Sequence record: SRR20825010_4262
Direction: 5' to 3' (one strand)
DNA length: 36,666 nt
Under the pieces are notes generated by a model. It saw nothing but the letters and a program-made list of their open reading frames with translations, was not told where the DNA came from and did not search any database. A program made the translations under genes and the position numbers. How positions within the stretch are numbered: position 1 is the first letter of the stretch; each line of letters starts with the position of its first letter. Positions 18,551-27,526 of this stretch are shown here, one piece after another.

Positions 18551-19765
18551 ATGCTGTACTACCTATTCAATTATTTAGATAGAGAATTTGACTTGGTTGG
18601 CGCTGGAGTGTTTCAGTACATCTCTTTCCGTGCAGGTATGGCTGTGCTTTTGTCACTGTTAATCACCATTACTTTCGGTGAGAAGTTGATCAACATGCTT
18701 CGTAACAAACAGGTGGGTGAAAGCATTAGGGATTTAGGTTTGGAAGGTCAAATGGCTAAAAAGGGTACGCCTACCATGGGTGGACTTATCATTATTGCCG
18801 CCATTGTTATTCCAACTTTGCTTTTCGCGAAGCTCGAAAATATTTATGTTATTCTTTTGTTAATCACCACCCTAGGTTTGGGGGCTATTGGTTTTTTGGA
18901 TGATTATATCAAGGTTTTTAAGAAGAATAAAGAAGGACTGGCTGGTAAATTTAAAGTAGTTGGTCAGGTAGGAATAGGTCTCTTGGTAGGGGCCGTACTC
19001 TATTTTAATGATGATGTGGTGGTTAGAGAATTCAATCCAACTCCACAGGGGCAAGTTATTTCAGTGACAGAAGGGGCCAATTATGTGGACAGTAAATCGA
19101 CTACCACTACCATACCTTTTGTGAAGGACAATGAGCTGGATTATGATGGATTCAATCCAACAGATAACGAATGGGTTACTGCTGCTATTTACATTTTAGT
19201 CGTAATTTTCTTTGTTACGGCCATATCAAATGGGGCCAATATTACGGATGGAATTGACGGATTGGCTGCGGGAACATCTGCCATCATTGGGTTAACACTG
19301 GCAATTTTCGCTTACATATCGGGTAATGCAATTTTCTCTGATTACCTGAATGTTATGTTCATTCCAAACTCTGGAGAGCTCGTGATTTTCTGTACTGCCT
19401 TTGTGGGGGCTTGTGTAGGCTTTTTATGGTATAACTCTTATCCAGCCCAAGTCTTTATGGGTGATACGGGCAGTCTGTCACTAGGTGGTATCATCGCTGT
19501 ATTGGCTTTGGTGCTCAGAAAGGAACTTTTAATTCCAGTGTTGTGCGGAATCTTTGTGATCGAAAACCTATCTGTAATCATTCAGGTGAGTTACTTCAAA
19601 TACACCAGAAAGAAATACGGTGAAGGAAGAAGGGTGTTCTTAATGTCGCCTTTGCATCACCACTATCAGAAAAAAGAGATGCCAGAAGCCAAGATTGTAA
19701 CGAGGTTTTGGATTGTGGGAATTTTGCTGGCAATTATAACATTGGCAACGCTTAAGTTGCGATAA
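18551..19765 (+). CDS. mraY: Phospho-N-acetylmuramoyl-pentapeptide transferase
   Basis: [41 protein letters not shown]. Confidence 0.98.
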   Translation: MLYYLFNYLDREFDLVGAGVFQYISFRAGMAVLLSLLITITFGEKLINMLRNKQVGESIRDLGLEGQMAKKGTPTMGGLIIIAAIVIPTLLFAKLENIYVILLLITTLGLGAIGFLDDYIKVFKKNKEGLAGKFKVVGQVGIGLLVGAVLYFNDDVVVREFNPTPQGQVISVTEGANYVDSKSTTTTIPFVKDNELDYDGFNPTDNEWVTAAIYILVVIFFVTAISNGANITDGIDGLAAGTSAIIGLTLAIFAYISGNAIFSDYLNVMFIPNSGELVIFCTAFVGACVGFLWYNSYPAQVFMGDTGSLSLGGIIAVLALVLRKELLIPVLCGIFVIENLSVIIQVSYFKYTRKKYGEGRRVFLMSPLHHHYQKKEMPEAKIVTRFWIVGILLAIITLATLKLR

Positions 19766-19768
19766 CGA

Positions 19769-19817
19769 AGAATGTTTGATTTACGAAGTTTAATGTAAGA
19801 GTTAGAAAGAGCACATT
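19769..19817. repeat. Left heptamer arm flanking the four-helix-bundle gene
   Basis: AATGTTT GATTTAC GAAGTTT AATGTAA GAGTTAG; 19778-19802 matches the reverse complement of 20178-20202 at 21/25 positions. Confidence 0.75.
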
Positions 19818-20219
19818 TTGGATAGACAAGACATCATAATAAGACACAGAAAGTTTGTACTAGATATAGTGCATGTCTGTGATGCTTTGCCGAAAAGCTA
19901 TTCGAAGGGTGTTTTCGCTAGGCAGCTTATTAGAGCGTCAAGCTCTGTAGGAGCTAACTATAGGGCTGCCGGTAGAGGTAAATCGACTGCGGATTTCATC
20001 AATAAACTCAAGATTGTTGAAGAAGAAGCAGATGAATGCAACTACTTTTTAGACCTTATTTTGGCCCTAAATAGGAGTAATACCTCCGAGGTTCAAAGAC
20101 TAATAAAAGAGTCGGAAGAAATTTTGGCAATGACGGTTGCGGCTATTAAGACTGCTAGAAGTAATGTTGCTTCTAGTACTCGTACATCAAACATAGTAAA
20201 TCGTAATTCTAAACAATGA
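19818..20219 (+). CDS. Four helix bundle protein (23S rRNA IVS protein / TIGR02436-like), TTG start
   Basis: QLIRASSSVGANYRAA.RGKS.ADFI.KLKIVEEEADE..Y.L motif, 133 aa, inserted between mraY and murD. Confidence 0.92.
   Translation: MDRQDIIIRHRKFVLDIVHVCDALPKSYSKGVFARQLIRASSSVGANYRAAGRGKSTADFINKLKIVEEEADECNYFLDLILALNRSNTSEVQRLIKESEEILAMTVAAIKTARSNVASSTRTSNIVNRNSKQ
20163..20210. repeat. Right heptamer arm, inside the 3' end of the four-helix-bundle ORF
   Basis: AGTACTC GTACATC AAACATA GTAAATC GTAATTC; complementary to the left arm; encodes the S/N/T-rich tail. Confidence 0.75.
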
Positions 20220-21544
20220 AACGGAGACTAACCATACTAGGCGCAGGCGAAAGCGGAACAGGAGCAGCATTGCTTGGAAAGGCAAAAGGCTATGATGTGT
20301 TCGTGTCTGATATGGGGCAGATCAAAGTGCAGTATGTTCAGGAATTAGAAGCCAATGGTATTGAGTTCGAAAGCGGAAAGCATTCAGAAGAACGAGTTTT
20401 AGAAAGTGACTTGGTGATCAAGAGCCCTGGTATTCCAGAGTCAGCCCCTTTAATAAAAAAACTTAGAGCCAAGGGCAATTTAATTATTGGCGAAATCGAA
20501 TTCGCAGCTCGGTATACGACCGCAAAGCTCATTGGCATTACCGGAACCAATGGAAAAACGACAACCACGCTTTTGACCTATCATCTGTTGAAAGAGGGGG
20601 GATTTAATGTAGGCCTTGGTGGTAATGTGGGTAAAAGTTTTGCACGTCAGGTAGTGGAAGACAAGCACCACTGGTATGTGCTAGAATTGAGCAGTTTCCA
20701 GTTAGATGACTGCTACGAATTGAAATTGAACATTGCAGTTGTATTAAATATCACACCAGATCATTTGGATAGATATGATTACAATTTCGAAAAATACATT
20801 GCATCGAAGATGCGCATATTTAACCTGGTACATCTGGGTGGTCATGGCATTTATTGGAACGATGATCACCAAATTGGGAAGAACATTTCAAAAGCCGCTC
20901 GCGGCCTTAAAGTTCATCCTTATTCGCTTGGAGGAGACGCCTCCGAGATAACAAATGATAGGTTGTTTTTTACCCCTTTAAACGTTGAGGTATCCGCCCC
21001 CAGAGCAGATATCTCAATAAAGGGGCAGCATAATATGCTGAACGCCAAAGCCGCAGGTTATGCTGTTAGCTTAGCAGGCGTGAGTGAGGGGGCCATTATT
21101 CGTGGTTTTAAAAACTTCAAAAATGCCCCGCACCGATTAGAGCCTGTAAGGGAAATTAATGGAGCGAAATACATCAATGATTCAAAAGCCACGAATGTCG
21201 ATTCTGTCTATTATGCTTTGGATGCGGTTGATGCACCTATTGTTTGGATTGCAGGTGGGGTAGATAAAGGAAATGATTACAGCCTGATTCAGGCTTTGGT
21301 ACAGAATAAAGTAAAAGGCTTGATTTGCCTAGGGAAGGATAATTCGAAACTCTATACGGCTTTTGAAAATTTAGTTCCTAGCATTCAAGCGACTGATGAT
21401 TTGATAAAAGCGATTAGAATGGCCAAAGATTTGGCAGCACCAGGCGATACAGTTTTGTTATCTCCGGCTTGTGCAAGTTTCGATTTGTTCAAGAACTATG
21501 AAGATCGCGGAAATCAGTTCAGAGAGGCAGTTTTAGCGATTTAA
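20216..21544 (+). CDS. murD: UDP-MurNAc-L-Ala:D-Glu ligase
   Basis: LGAGESG, SPGIP, GITGTNGKTT, ELSSFQL, PDHLDRY, NDSKATN, SPACASFD. Confidence 0.98.
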   Translation: MKRRLTILGAGESGTGAALLGKAKGYDVFVSDMGQIKVQYVQELEANGIEFESGKHSEERVLESDLVIKSPGIPESAPLIKKLRAKGNLIIGEIEFAARYTTAKLIGITGTNGKTTTTLLTYHLLKEGGFNVGLGGNVGKSFARQVVEDKHHWYVLELSSFQLDDCYELKLNIAVVLNITPDHLDRYDYNFEKYIASKMRIFNLVHLGGHGIYWNDDHQIGKNISKAARGLKVHPYSLGGDASEITNDRLFFTPLNVEVSAPRADISIKGQHNMLNAKAAGYAVSLAGVSEGAIIRGFKNFKNAPHRLEPVREINGAKYINDSKATNVDSVYYALDAVDAPIVWIAGGVDKGNDYSLIQALVQNKVKGLICLGKDNSKLYTAFENLVPSIQATDDLIKAIRMAKDLAAPGDTVLLSPACASFDLFKNYEDRGNQFREAVLAI

Positions 21545-21566
21545 AACAGAAAATTAAGAAAATACA

Positions 21567-22730
21567 ATGTTGATAAAATTGAAAGCATGGGCCGATAAAA
21601 ACCTTCAGGGCGATCCCGTCATCTGGGCGGTGGTGCTATGCCTTTCGCTCATTAGTATTTTGGTCGTATACAGTGCCACGGGCTCATTAGCCTACAAGCA
21701 AATGGGTGGCAATACAGAGTATTACCTTATTCGTCATACCGTTATGGTGGGTTTAGCCATGGTGGTGATGTGGGTTGCGCATAAAATCGATTACCGTTAT
21801 TATTCTAAAATTACCCGATACGCCCTTTTCGTTTCTGTGCCCTTATTACTTTATGCATGGCAAGCAGGCTCAACTGTAAATGAAGCTTCTCGCTGGATTG
21901 AATTGCCTTTTATTGGTTTACAATTTCAACCTTCAGATTTAGCCAAAATGGCTTTAATTGCTGGTTTGGCCAGTATGTTGGCCAAAAGGCAACAAAATAT
22001 TGCCAATATCAAAGAATCCTTGATCCCGATGTTGGCATGGTGTGGGGCTATCTGTGGCCTTATTGCAATGACCAATATTTCGACTGCAATTTTACTCTTT
22101 CTTACCTGCATGCTGCTTTTATTTATCGGTCGAGTACCGCCAAAATATTTGGCCATGTTAATGGTTGTTGGTGCTTTCGTGGGCGTGCTAGCCATGAGCT
22201 TTGGTCAGCGTGGTGGAACCGCAATTAGTAGGGTGACCGACTTCATAAGCCAAGAAGAAGTGCCATATCAGGCACAACAGTCGTATATCGCTATTGCTAC
22301 AGGCGGAGTAATTGGGAAAGGGCCAGGTAAAAGTGATCAAAGGAATTTCCTTCCATATCCTTACTCAGATTTTGTCTATGCCATCATTATCGAAGAATAT
22401 GGAATGATTGGAGGAGTGTTCGTTTTGTTCCTGTACTTAGTGCTACTCTATAGAGGAATGCGAGTAATGGCCAATAGTGACAGGGCATTTGGAGGGCTGC
22501 TTTCGGCAGGACTCAGTTTTGCCATTGTAATTCAAGCCTTGGTCAATATTGGCGTTGTGGTGGGGTTAGGCCCTGTAACAGGTCAAACATTACCATTGAT
22601 TAGCATGGGGGGAACCTCGCTACTATTCACAGGACTTTCCTTGGGAATTATCCTAAGTGTGAGCCGTGGAGAACAAGAAGTTTTTTCACCAATAACTGGT
22701 GATTTAAGAAATTCAGCTAGAACAGCGTAA
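21567..22730 (+). CDS. ftsW: SEDS peptidoglycan polymerase FtsW
   Basis: RWI...FQPSD, GKGPG.S, SDFVYAIIIEEYG, PVTGQTLPLISMGGTS. Confidence 0.96.
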   Translation: MLIKLKAWADKNLQGDPVIWAVVLCLSLISILVVYSATGSLAYKQMGGNTEYYLIRHTVMVGLAMVVMWVAHKIDYRYYSKITRYALFVSVPLLLYAWQAGSTVNEASRWIELPFIGLQFQPSDLAKMALIAGLASMLAKRQQNIANIKESLIPMLAWCGAICGLIAMTNISTAILLFLTCMLLLFIGRVPPKYLAMLMVVGAFVGVLAMSFGQRGGTAISRVTDFISQEEVPYQAQQSYIAIATGGVIGKGPGKSDQRNFLPYPYSDFVYAIIIEEYGMIGGVFVLFLYLVLLYRGMRVMANSDRAFGGLLSAGLSFAIVIQALVNIGVVVGLGPVTGQTLPLISMGGTSLLFTGLSLGIILSVSRGEQEVFSPITGDLRNSARTA

Positions 22731-22732
22731 TT

Positions 22733-23842
22733 ATAGAAAAGCAACAACCATATCGAATCATTATCAGCGGAGGCGGCACAGGCGGGCATATTTACCCAGC
22801 CATTGCCATTGCCAATGCTTTTAAAGCGCGTTTCGATGATGCTGAAATTCTTTTTGTGGGTGCCGAAGGAAAAATGGAAATGCAGAAAGTGCCAGAAGCT
22901 GGCTATAAAATCATCGGTCTTTGGATCAGTGGTTTGCAGCGCAGGCTCACTTTCGACAACCTACTTTTCCCGGTAAAGCTGGTAAATAGCCTGAGCAAAA
23001 GTGCAGGCATCATCAGAAGATTTAGACCACATGCGGTGGTTGGTGTTGGGGGTTATGCAAGTGGACCTTTGTTAAGGGTGGCTTTGCGAAAGGAGGTTCC
23101 AGCGGTAATTCAAGAGCAGAATTCATATGCAGGCCTCACCAATAAATTATTGGCAAAGAAGGTGCAAAAAATATGCGTGGCTTACCCTGACATGGAGAAG
23201 TTCTTTCCAGCTGAAAAAATTGCTTTCACTGGAAATCCTGTAAGAAAAGACATAGTCGATTTAGCAGGAAAGAAAGAAGCTGCTAAGAAGCATTTTGGCT
23301 TGAGCGATTCACCAGTATTGTTGATTTTAGGAGGAAGCCTCGGTGCTCGTACCCTGAACGATAGCATGGTGTTGGGTTTAGAGAAATTGAAGGCTGAAGG
23401 CATTCAAGTGATTTGGCAGTGTGGTAAGTTTTATCATACTGAAATGAAAGAGAAGCTTGAGGCTTCTGGAGATGCCAAAAATATTTTTCTTTTCGAGTTT
23501 TTGAAGGAAATGGATTTGGCTTATGCCGCAGCGGATGTAGTGATTTCACGAGCAGGCGCTTTGTCTGTTTCGGAACTCAGTATTGCTGCAAAGCCTACGA
23601 TTTTTGTGCCTTCACCTAATGTGGCCGAAGATCATCAAACCAAAAATGCGAAAGCAATGGTTGATAATGATGCTGCTATTTTGGTGAAGGATGTGGAAGC
23701 CAGAGAGAAATTAATAGACGAGGCTATTGCGCTGATCAACGATCAGAAAAAGCAATATAAGCTGAGTGAAAAAATAAAGGCATTGGCGAAACCCAATGCT
23801 GCAGATGAAATAGTTGACGAGGTTTTAAAATTGATAGCGTGA
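22733..23842 (+). CDS. murG: Undecaprenyl-PP-MurNAc-pentapeptide GlcNAc transferase; non-canonical start (ATA 22733 or ATT 22730)
   Basis: The in-frame sequence upstream of the track's GTG reads IEKQQPYRIIISGGGTGGHIYPAIAIA, the essential N-terminal G-loop. Also GGYASGP, EQNS, TGNPVR, GGSLGA, SRAGA, HQTKNA. Confidence 0.95.
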   Translation: MEKQQPYRIIISGGGTGGHIYPAIAIANAFKARFDDAEILFVGAEGKMEMQKVPEAGYKIIGLWISGLQRRLTFDNLLFPVKLVNSLSKSAGIIRRFRPHAVVGVGGYASGPLLRVALRKEVPAVIQEQNSYAGLTNKLLAKKVQKICVAYPDMEKFFPAEKIAFTGNPVRKDIVDLAGKKEAAKKHFGLSDSPVLLILGGSLGARTLNDSMVLGLEKLKAEGIQVIWQCGKFYHTEMKEKLEASGDAKNIFLFEFLKEMDLAYAAADVVISRAGALSVSELSIAAKPTIFVPSPNVAEDHQTKNAKAMVDNDAAILVKDVEAREKLIDEAIALINDQKKQYKLSEKIKALAKPNAADEIVDEVLKLIA

Positions 23843-25215
23843 AGCTGAGAGACGTGCATAACGTATATTTTCTTGGGATCGGAGGGATTGGAATGAGTGC
23901 TTTGGCCAGGTGGTTTAAGCATAATGGCAAAGCTGTGTCGGGTTACGATAAAACACCAACTCCTTTAACACGTCAGTTGGAAAATGAAGGTATTGCTGTG
24001 CATTTCGAGGATGATCCGGAAAGAATCAGTGATAACATAAAAAGCGAAAAAGAGGATGCTTTGGTGATTTACACTCCAGCAATTCCAAAAGACAACAAAG
24101 AATATGCTTGGCTGAAGGTGGAAGGTTTCAACATTATGAAACGCTCGCAAGTGTTGGGTTTGATTACCGAAAGCATGATTAGCGTGGCCGTGGCTGGAAC
24201 ACATGGTAAAACCACCACCAGTTCAATGATCGTCCATTTGATGAAAACGGCAGGTATTGATTGCACTGGGTTTTTGGGAGGAATTGCGACCAATTATGGA
24301 ACAAACATGGTGATGAATGAGGAAACGAATTCTATTGCTGTAATTGAAGCCGATGAATTTGATCGCTCGTTCTTAACGCTTAGACCCGATGCGGCTGTGG
24401 TTACCTCTATCGATGCAGACCATTTAGATATTTACGGTGATAAAGACGCTTTGAAAGAGTCGTTCGCGCTGTTTGTAAGTAAAATAGAAAAGAAAGGTAA
24501 ACTCTTCGCGAAGCGAGGAGTGGGAAGCCAGATTTTAGGAGATGTAACTCGAATTCATCACTCGAGTTATGCCTTGGACTCGGCTGATATTATAGCTGAG
24601 AACCTAAGAATTGAGGAGGCGGCTTTCGTTTTCGATTATAAAACAAGCAAGAAAACCATATCAGGTATTCGGTTGAATGTACCGGGTTTTCACAATGTAG
24701 AAAATGCCTTGGCGGCCATTTCTGTTACCAAATACTTTGGTGCTGACGATGACTCTATCCGTGAAGGAATAAGTACCTATAAAGGGGTGAAAAGGCGCTT
24801 TGAGTACATTATTCAGACTGAAGGCCTGGTGTATATCGATGATTATGCACATCATCCGGTAGAGATCGAATCATTGTTGAAGTCGGTGCGAGCGCTTTAT
24901 CCGAATAAAAGAATTACTGCTGTTTTTCAACCGCATCTGTTTAGTCGCACAAGAGATTTCGCTCCAGAATTTTCAGAGAGTTTGGGCTTGGCAGACGAAG
25001 TGATATTGTTGGATATTTATCCTGCGAGAGAGCAGCCGATTGAAGGAATTACTTCAGAAATGTTGCTCAAAAAAGTGACTGCTGAAAGGAAAATGGTTTG
25101 TGCTAAAGAAGCTTTGCTTGAACAGATTAAAGCTTGGCAGCCAGAGGTGCTTTTAACCATTGGCGCAGGTGACATTGATAAGTTTGTAGAACCTTTAAAA
25201 ACTGAATTGTCATGA
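23839..25215 (+). CDS. murC: UDP-MurNAc:L-Ala ligase (GTG start)
   Basis: GIGGIGMSALA, AGTHGKTTTSS, EADEFDRSF, DDYAHHP, FQPHLFSRT. Confidence 0.98.
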   Translation: MKLRDVHNVYFLGIGGIGMSALARWFKHNGKAVSGYDKTPTPLTRQLENEGIAVHFEDDPERISDNIKSEKEDALVIYTPAIPKDNKEYAWLKVEGFNIMKRSQVLGLITESMISVAVAGTHGKTTTSSMIVHLMKTAGIDCTGFLGGIATNYGTNMVMNEETNSIAVIEADEFDRSFLTLRPDAAVVTSIDADHLDIYGDKDALKESFALFVSKIEKKGKLFAKRGVGSQILGDVTRIHHSSYALDSADIIAENLRIEEAAFVFDYKTSKKTISGIRLNVPGFHNVENALAAISVTKYFGADDDSIREGISTYKGVKRRFEYIIQTEGLVYIDDYAHHPVEIESLLKSVRALYPNKRITAVFQPHLFSRTRDFAPEFSESLGLADEVILLDIYPAREQPIEGITSEMLLKKVTAERKMVCAKEALLEQIKAWQPEVLLTIGAGDIDKFVEPLKTELS

Positions 25216-25979
25216 GAGCAAAAGAAACAATTTGGAGGGTTGTAGGGATTACGGGGGCGTCTGCCCTTCTAGTATCCATGATTAGTTTTATCGATAAAAG
25301 GGAAGTAGGCTACAGAATTAACGACATCGAAGTGGACATAGAAAATACCTATGAAAACTTCTTTATCGATGAAGAGGATGTAATGTCGCTCATCTTCGAA
25401 AATAAAGGAGATACCATATTGGGTGACGCTTACGGACGAGTGAGTTTGAAGGAAATTGAGCAAAGAGTGGAGTCCCACAGTTTCGTGAAGGATGCGCAAG
25501 TATTTAGAGACTTAAATGGTCATTTGGTAGTGCGGGCCATTCAGAATAAGCCAATGGCAAGGATTGTTGCCGATAACGGAAAACAAGCGTATTTAGGTGA
25601 GGAGGGTGATATTTTACCGGTTTCTAATAAATATACAGCAAGAGTTATTGTGCTTTCAGGTAAATATATGGATGAATTGACTTCTCGAAAAAGTATTGAA
25701 GGAAACGAGTACGACCACAAACTTTATAATTTGATTGAGTACATCAACAAGGATAAGTTTTGGAGCATGCAGATCGCTCAGTTGATAGTGAGCAAAAATG
25801 GAAAAGTAGTGATGATTCCACAAGTAGGGGATCAAAAACTTGAATTTGGGTTCGCAGAAAACTTTAAGTCAAAATTCAAACGGTTAGAGATTTTCTTCAA
25901 AGAAATTATGCCAACAAAAGGTTGGAATACATACAGTAGGGTAAATGTAGAATACAAAGATCAACTCATTTGTGAGTGA
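25212..25979 (+). CDS. ftsQ: Cell division protein FtsQ/DivIB
   Basis: N-terminal TM helix, POTRA segment, C-terminal GWNTYSRVNVEYKDQLIC, located between murC and ftsA. Confidence 0.9.
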   Translation: MRAKETIWRVVGITGASALLVSMISFIDKREVGYRINDIEVDIENTYENFFIDEEDVMSLIFENKGDTILGDAYGRVSLKEIEQRVESHSFVKDAQVFRDLNGHLVVRAIQNKPMARIVADNGKQAYLGEEGDILPVSNKYTARVIVLSGKYMDELTSRKSIEGNEYDHKLYNLIEYINKDKFWSMQIAQLIVSKNGKVVMIPQVGDQKLEFGFAENFKSKFKRLEIFFKEIMPTKGWNTYSRVNVEYKDQLICE

Positions 25980-26069
25980 TCAAAACAAAGGAATTTATAG
26001 TGGAAATGAATGTAGAAGTGACAGGTTTACAATTATAGAAGCTCTGAAATATAAAATACAAACAACGCC

Positions 26070-27377
26070 ATGCAAGAAGATAAAATAGTTGTCGGACTAG
26101 ACATTGGAACCACGAAGATCTGTGTGATTGTGGGGACAAAAAATGAGTATGGAAAACTCGAAGTATTAGGAATGGGTAAAGCCGTCTCTGATGGAGTGAT
26201 CCGTGGTATAGTAACCAATATTGATAAAACCGTTGTTGCAATCGAAAAGGCAATTGCCGAAGCAAGTGAGCAATCAGGCATCGAAATCAATGTGGTAAAT
26301 GTGGGCATTGCAGGCCAGCACATTAGAAGTTCAGTTCATCATGGTAGCATCACCCGTGAAGTGGTTGAAGATGAAATTACGGTTACGGACCTAACTCGTT
26401 TATCAAACGATATTCATAAGATCGTAATGCCTCCCGGCTGTGAAATTATTCACGTAATGCCGCAAGATTACATTGTGGATTACGAAGAAGGAATTAAAGA
26501 TCCGGTTGGTATGTCGGGTGTTAAGCTTGAAGCAGATTTCCATGTGATCACTGCCCAAACCAATGCCATTAGAAATATCAATAAGTGTGTGCGAAGAGCT
26601 GGTTTAGAAATCGAGAATTTGATTTTGGAGCCATTGGCATCCAGCATGTCAGTTTTGAGTGACGAAGAAAAAGAGGCTGGCGTTTGCCTTGTAGATATTG
26701 GTGGTGGTACTACCGACATCGCGATCTTCCACGATAATATTATCCGACACACCGCAGTAATTCCTTTTGGTGGCAATATCATCACCTCCGACATTAAGGA
26801 AGGCTGTAAAGTAATGCAGAACCAAGCGGAGCTGTTGAAAACGAAATTCGGAAAAGCCATTGCAGAAGAGGCCAATCCAAATGAAATCGTTTCGATTCCT
26901 GGCTTACGGAATAGACCACCAAAGGAAATTTCGATCCGTAACCTCGCCAATATTATTGAGGCCAGAATGGAAGAAATCATTGAGTTGGTGCATGCAGAAA
27001 TTATCACTTCAGGTTATGCAAGCAAGTTGGCTGGTGGAATTGTAATTACAGGGGGCGGTTCGCAACTGGGTTATGTAAAACAGTTGTTCGAATACATGAC
27101 TGGTATGGATGCCAGAATTGGTTATCCTAACGAACACCTTGGTAAGAGCAAAGTAGAGGCCATTAAAAGCCCCATGTATGCAACTACTGTTGGTTTAGTG
27201 CTTTCGGGTTTCAGAGCGATTGATGAAAGAGAGAACCGCTATATGGAAAATCAAGTTGCCTCAGGAAAGAAGACAATGAAGAGCGCAAAGAAAAGCTCAG
27301 ACTTCTTCAAAGGTCTCATCGATAAGACAAAAGGTTTGTTGATGGATGATTTTCAAGATAAAGGCGGAGAGTATTAG
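26070..27377 (+). CDS. ftsA: Cell division protein FtsA
   Basis: GLDIGTTKI, DPVGMSG, DIGGGTTD, ITGGGSQL, C-terminal amphipathic helix. Confidence 0.98.
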   Translation: MQEDKIVVGLDIGTTKICVIVGTKNEYGKLEVLGMGKAVSDGVIRGIVTNIDKTVVAIEKAIAEASEQSGIEINVVNVGIAGQHIRSSVHHGSITREVVEDEITVTDLTRLSNDIHKIVMPPGCEIIHVMPQDYIVDYEEGIKDPVGMSGVKLEADFHVITAQTNAIRNINKCVRRAGLEIENLILEPLASSMSVLSDEEKEAGVCLVDIGGGTTDIAIFHDNIIRHTAVIPFGGNIITSDIKEGCKVMQNQAELLKTKFGKAIAEEANPNEIVSIPGLRNRPPKEISIRNLANIIEARMEEIIELVHAEIITSGYASKLAGGIVITGGGSQLGYVKQLFEYMTGMDARIGYPNEHLGKSKVEAIKSPMYATTVGLVLSGFRAIDERENRYMENQVASGKKTMKSAKKSSDFFKGLIDKTKGLLMDDFQDKGGEY

Positions 27378-27398
27378 AAACTAAATAAAAGTGAATTC

Positions 27399-27447
27399 AG
27401 TGCTGTGATCACGCATCATTCAACTTGATGAACATGATGACAGCATT
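27399..27447 (+). other. Extended imperfect RNA hairpin in the ftsA-ftsZ intergenic region
   Basis: AGTGCTGT/ACAGCATT outer stem, ATCA/TGAT middle stem, CATCA/TGATG inner stem; no U-tract. Confidence 0.55.
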
Positions 27448-27481
27448 AAAAATAAGATAAAATAACAAATGCCTGCTTTTG

Positions 27482-27509
27482 TCTTCGGTCTTCGGACTTC
27501 GGACTTCGG
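27482..27509. repeat. Heptamer tandem repeat (T/A)CTTCGG x4 upstream of ftsZ
   Basis: TCTTCGG TCTTCGG ACTTCGG ACTTCGG, then partial GCTT. Confidence 0.9.
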
Positions 27510-27526
27510 GCTTAAACATAATAATC

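Noticed and set aside
26033-27007. Long antisense ORFs over ftsA (also those over the PlsB-like gene, ftsI, murG and prfB)
   Set aside because: Codon-mirror shadows of conserved genes with no recognisable motifs
18471-27513. Heptamer arrays as CRISPR or DGR components
   Set aside because: No repeat-spacer structure, cas genes, reverse transcriptase or TR/VR pair in the window
27479-27526. TTG-started FtsZ extension MSSVFGLRTSGL
   Set aside because: It is just the translation of the heptamer repeat; ATG 27527 matches normal FtsZ
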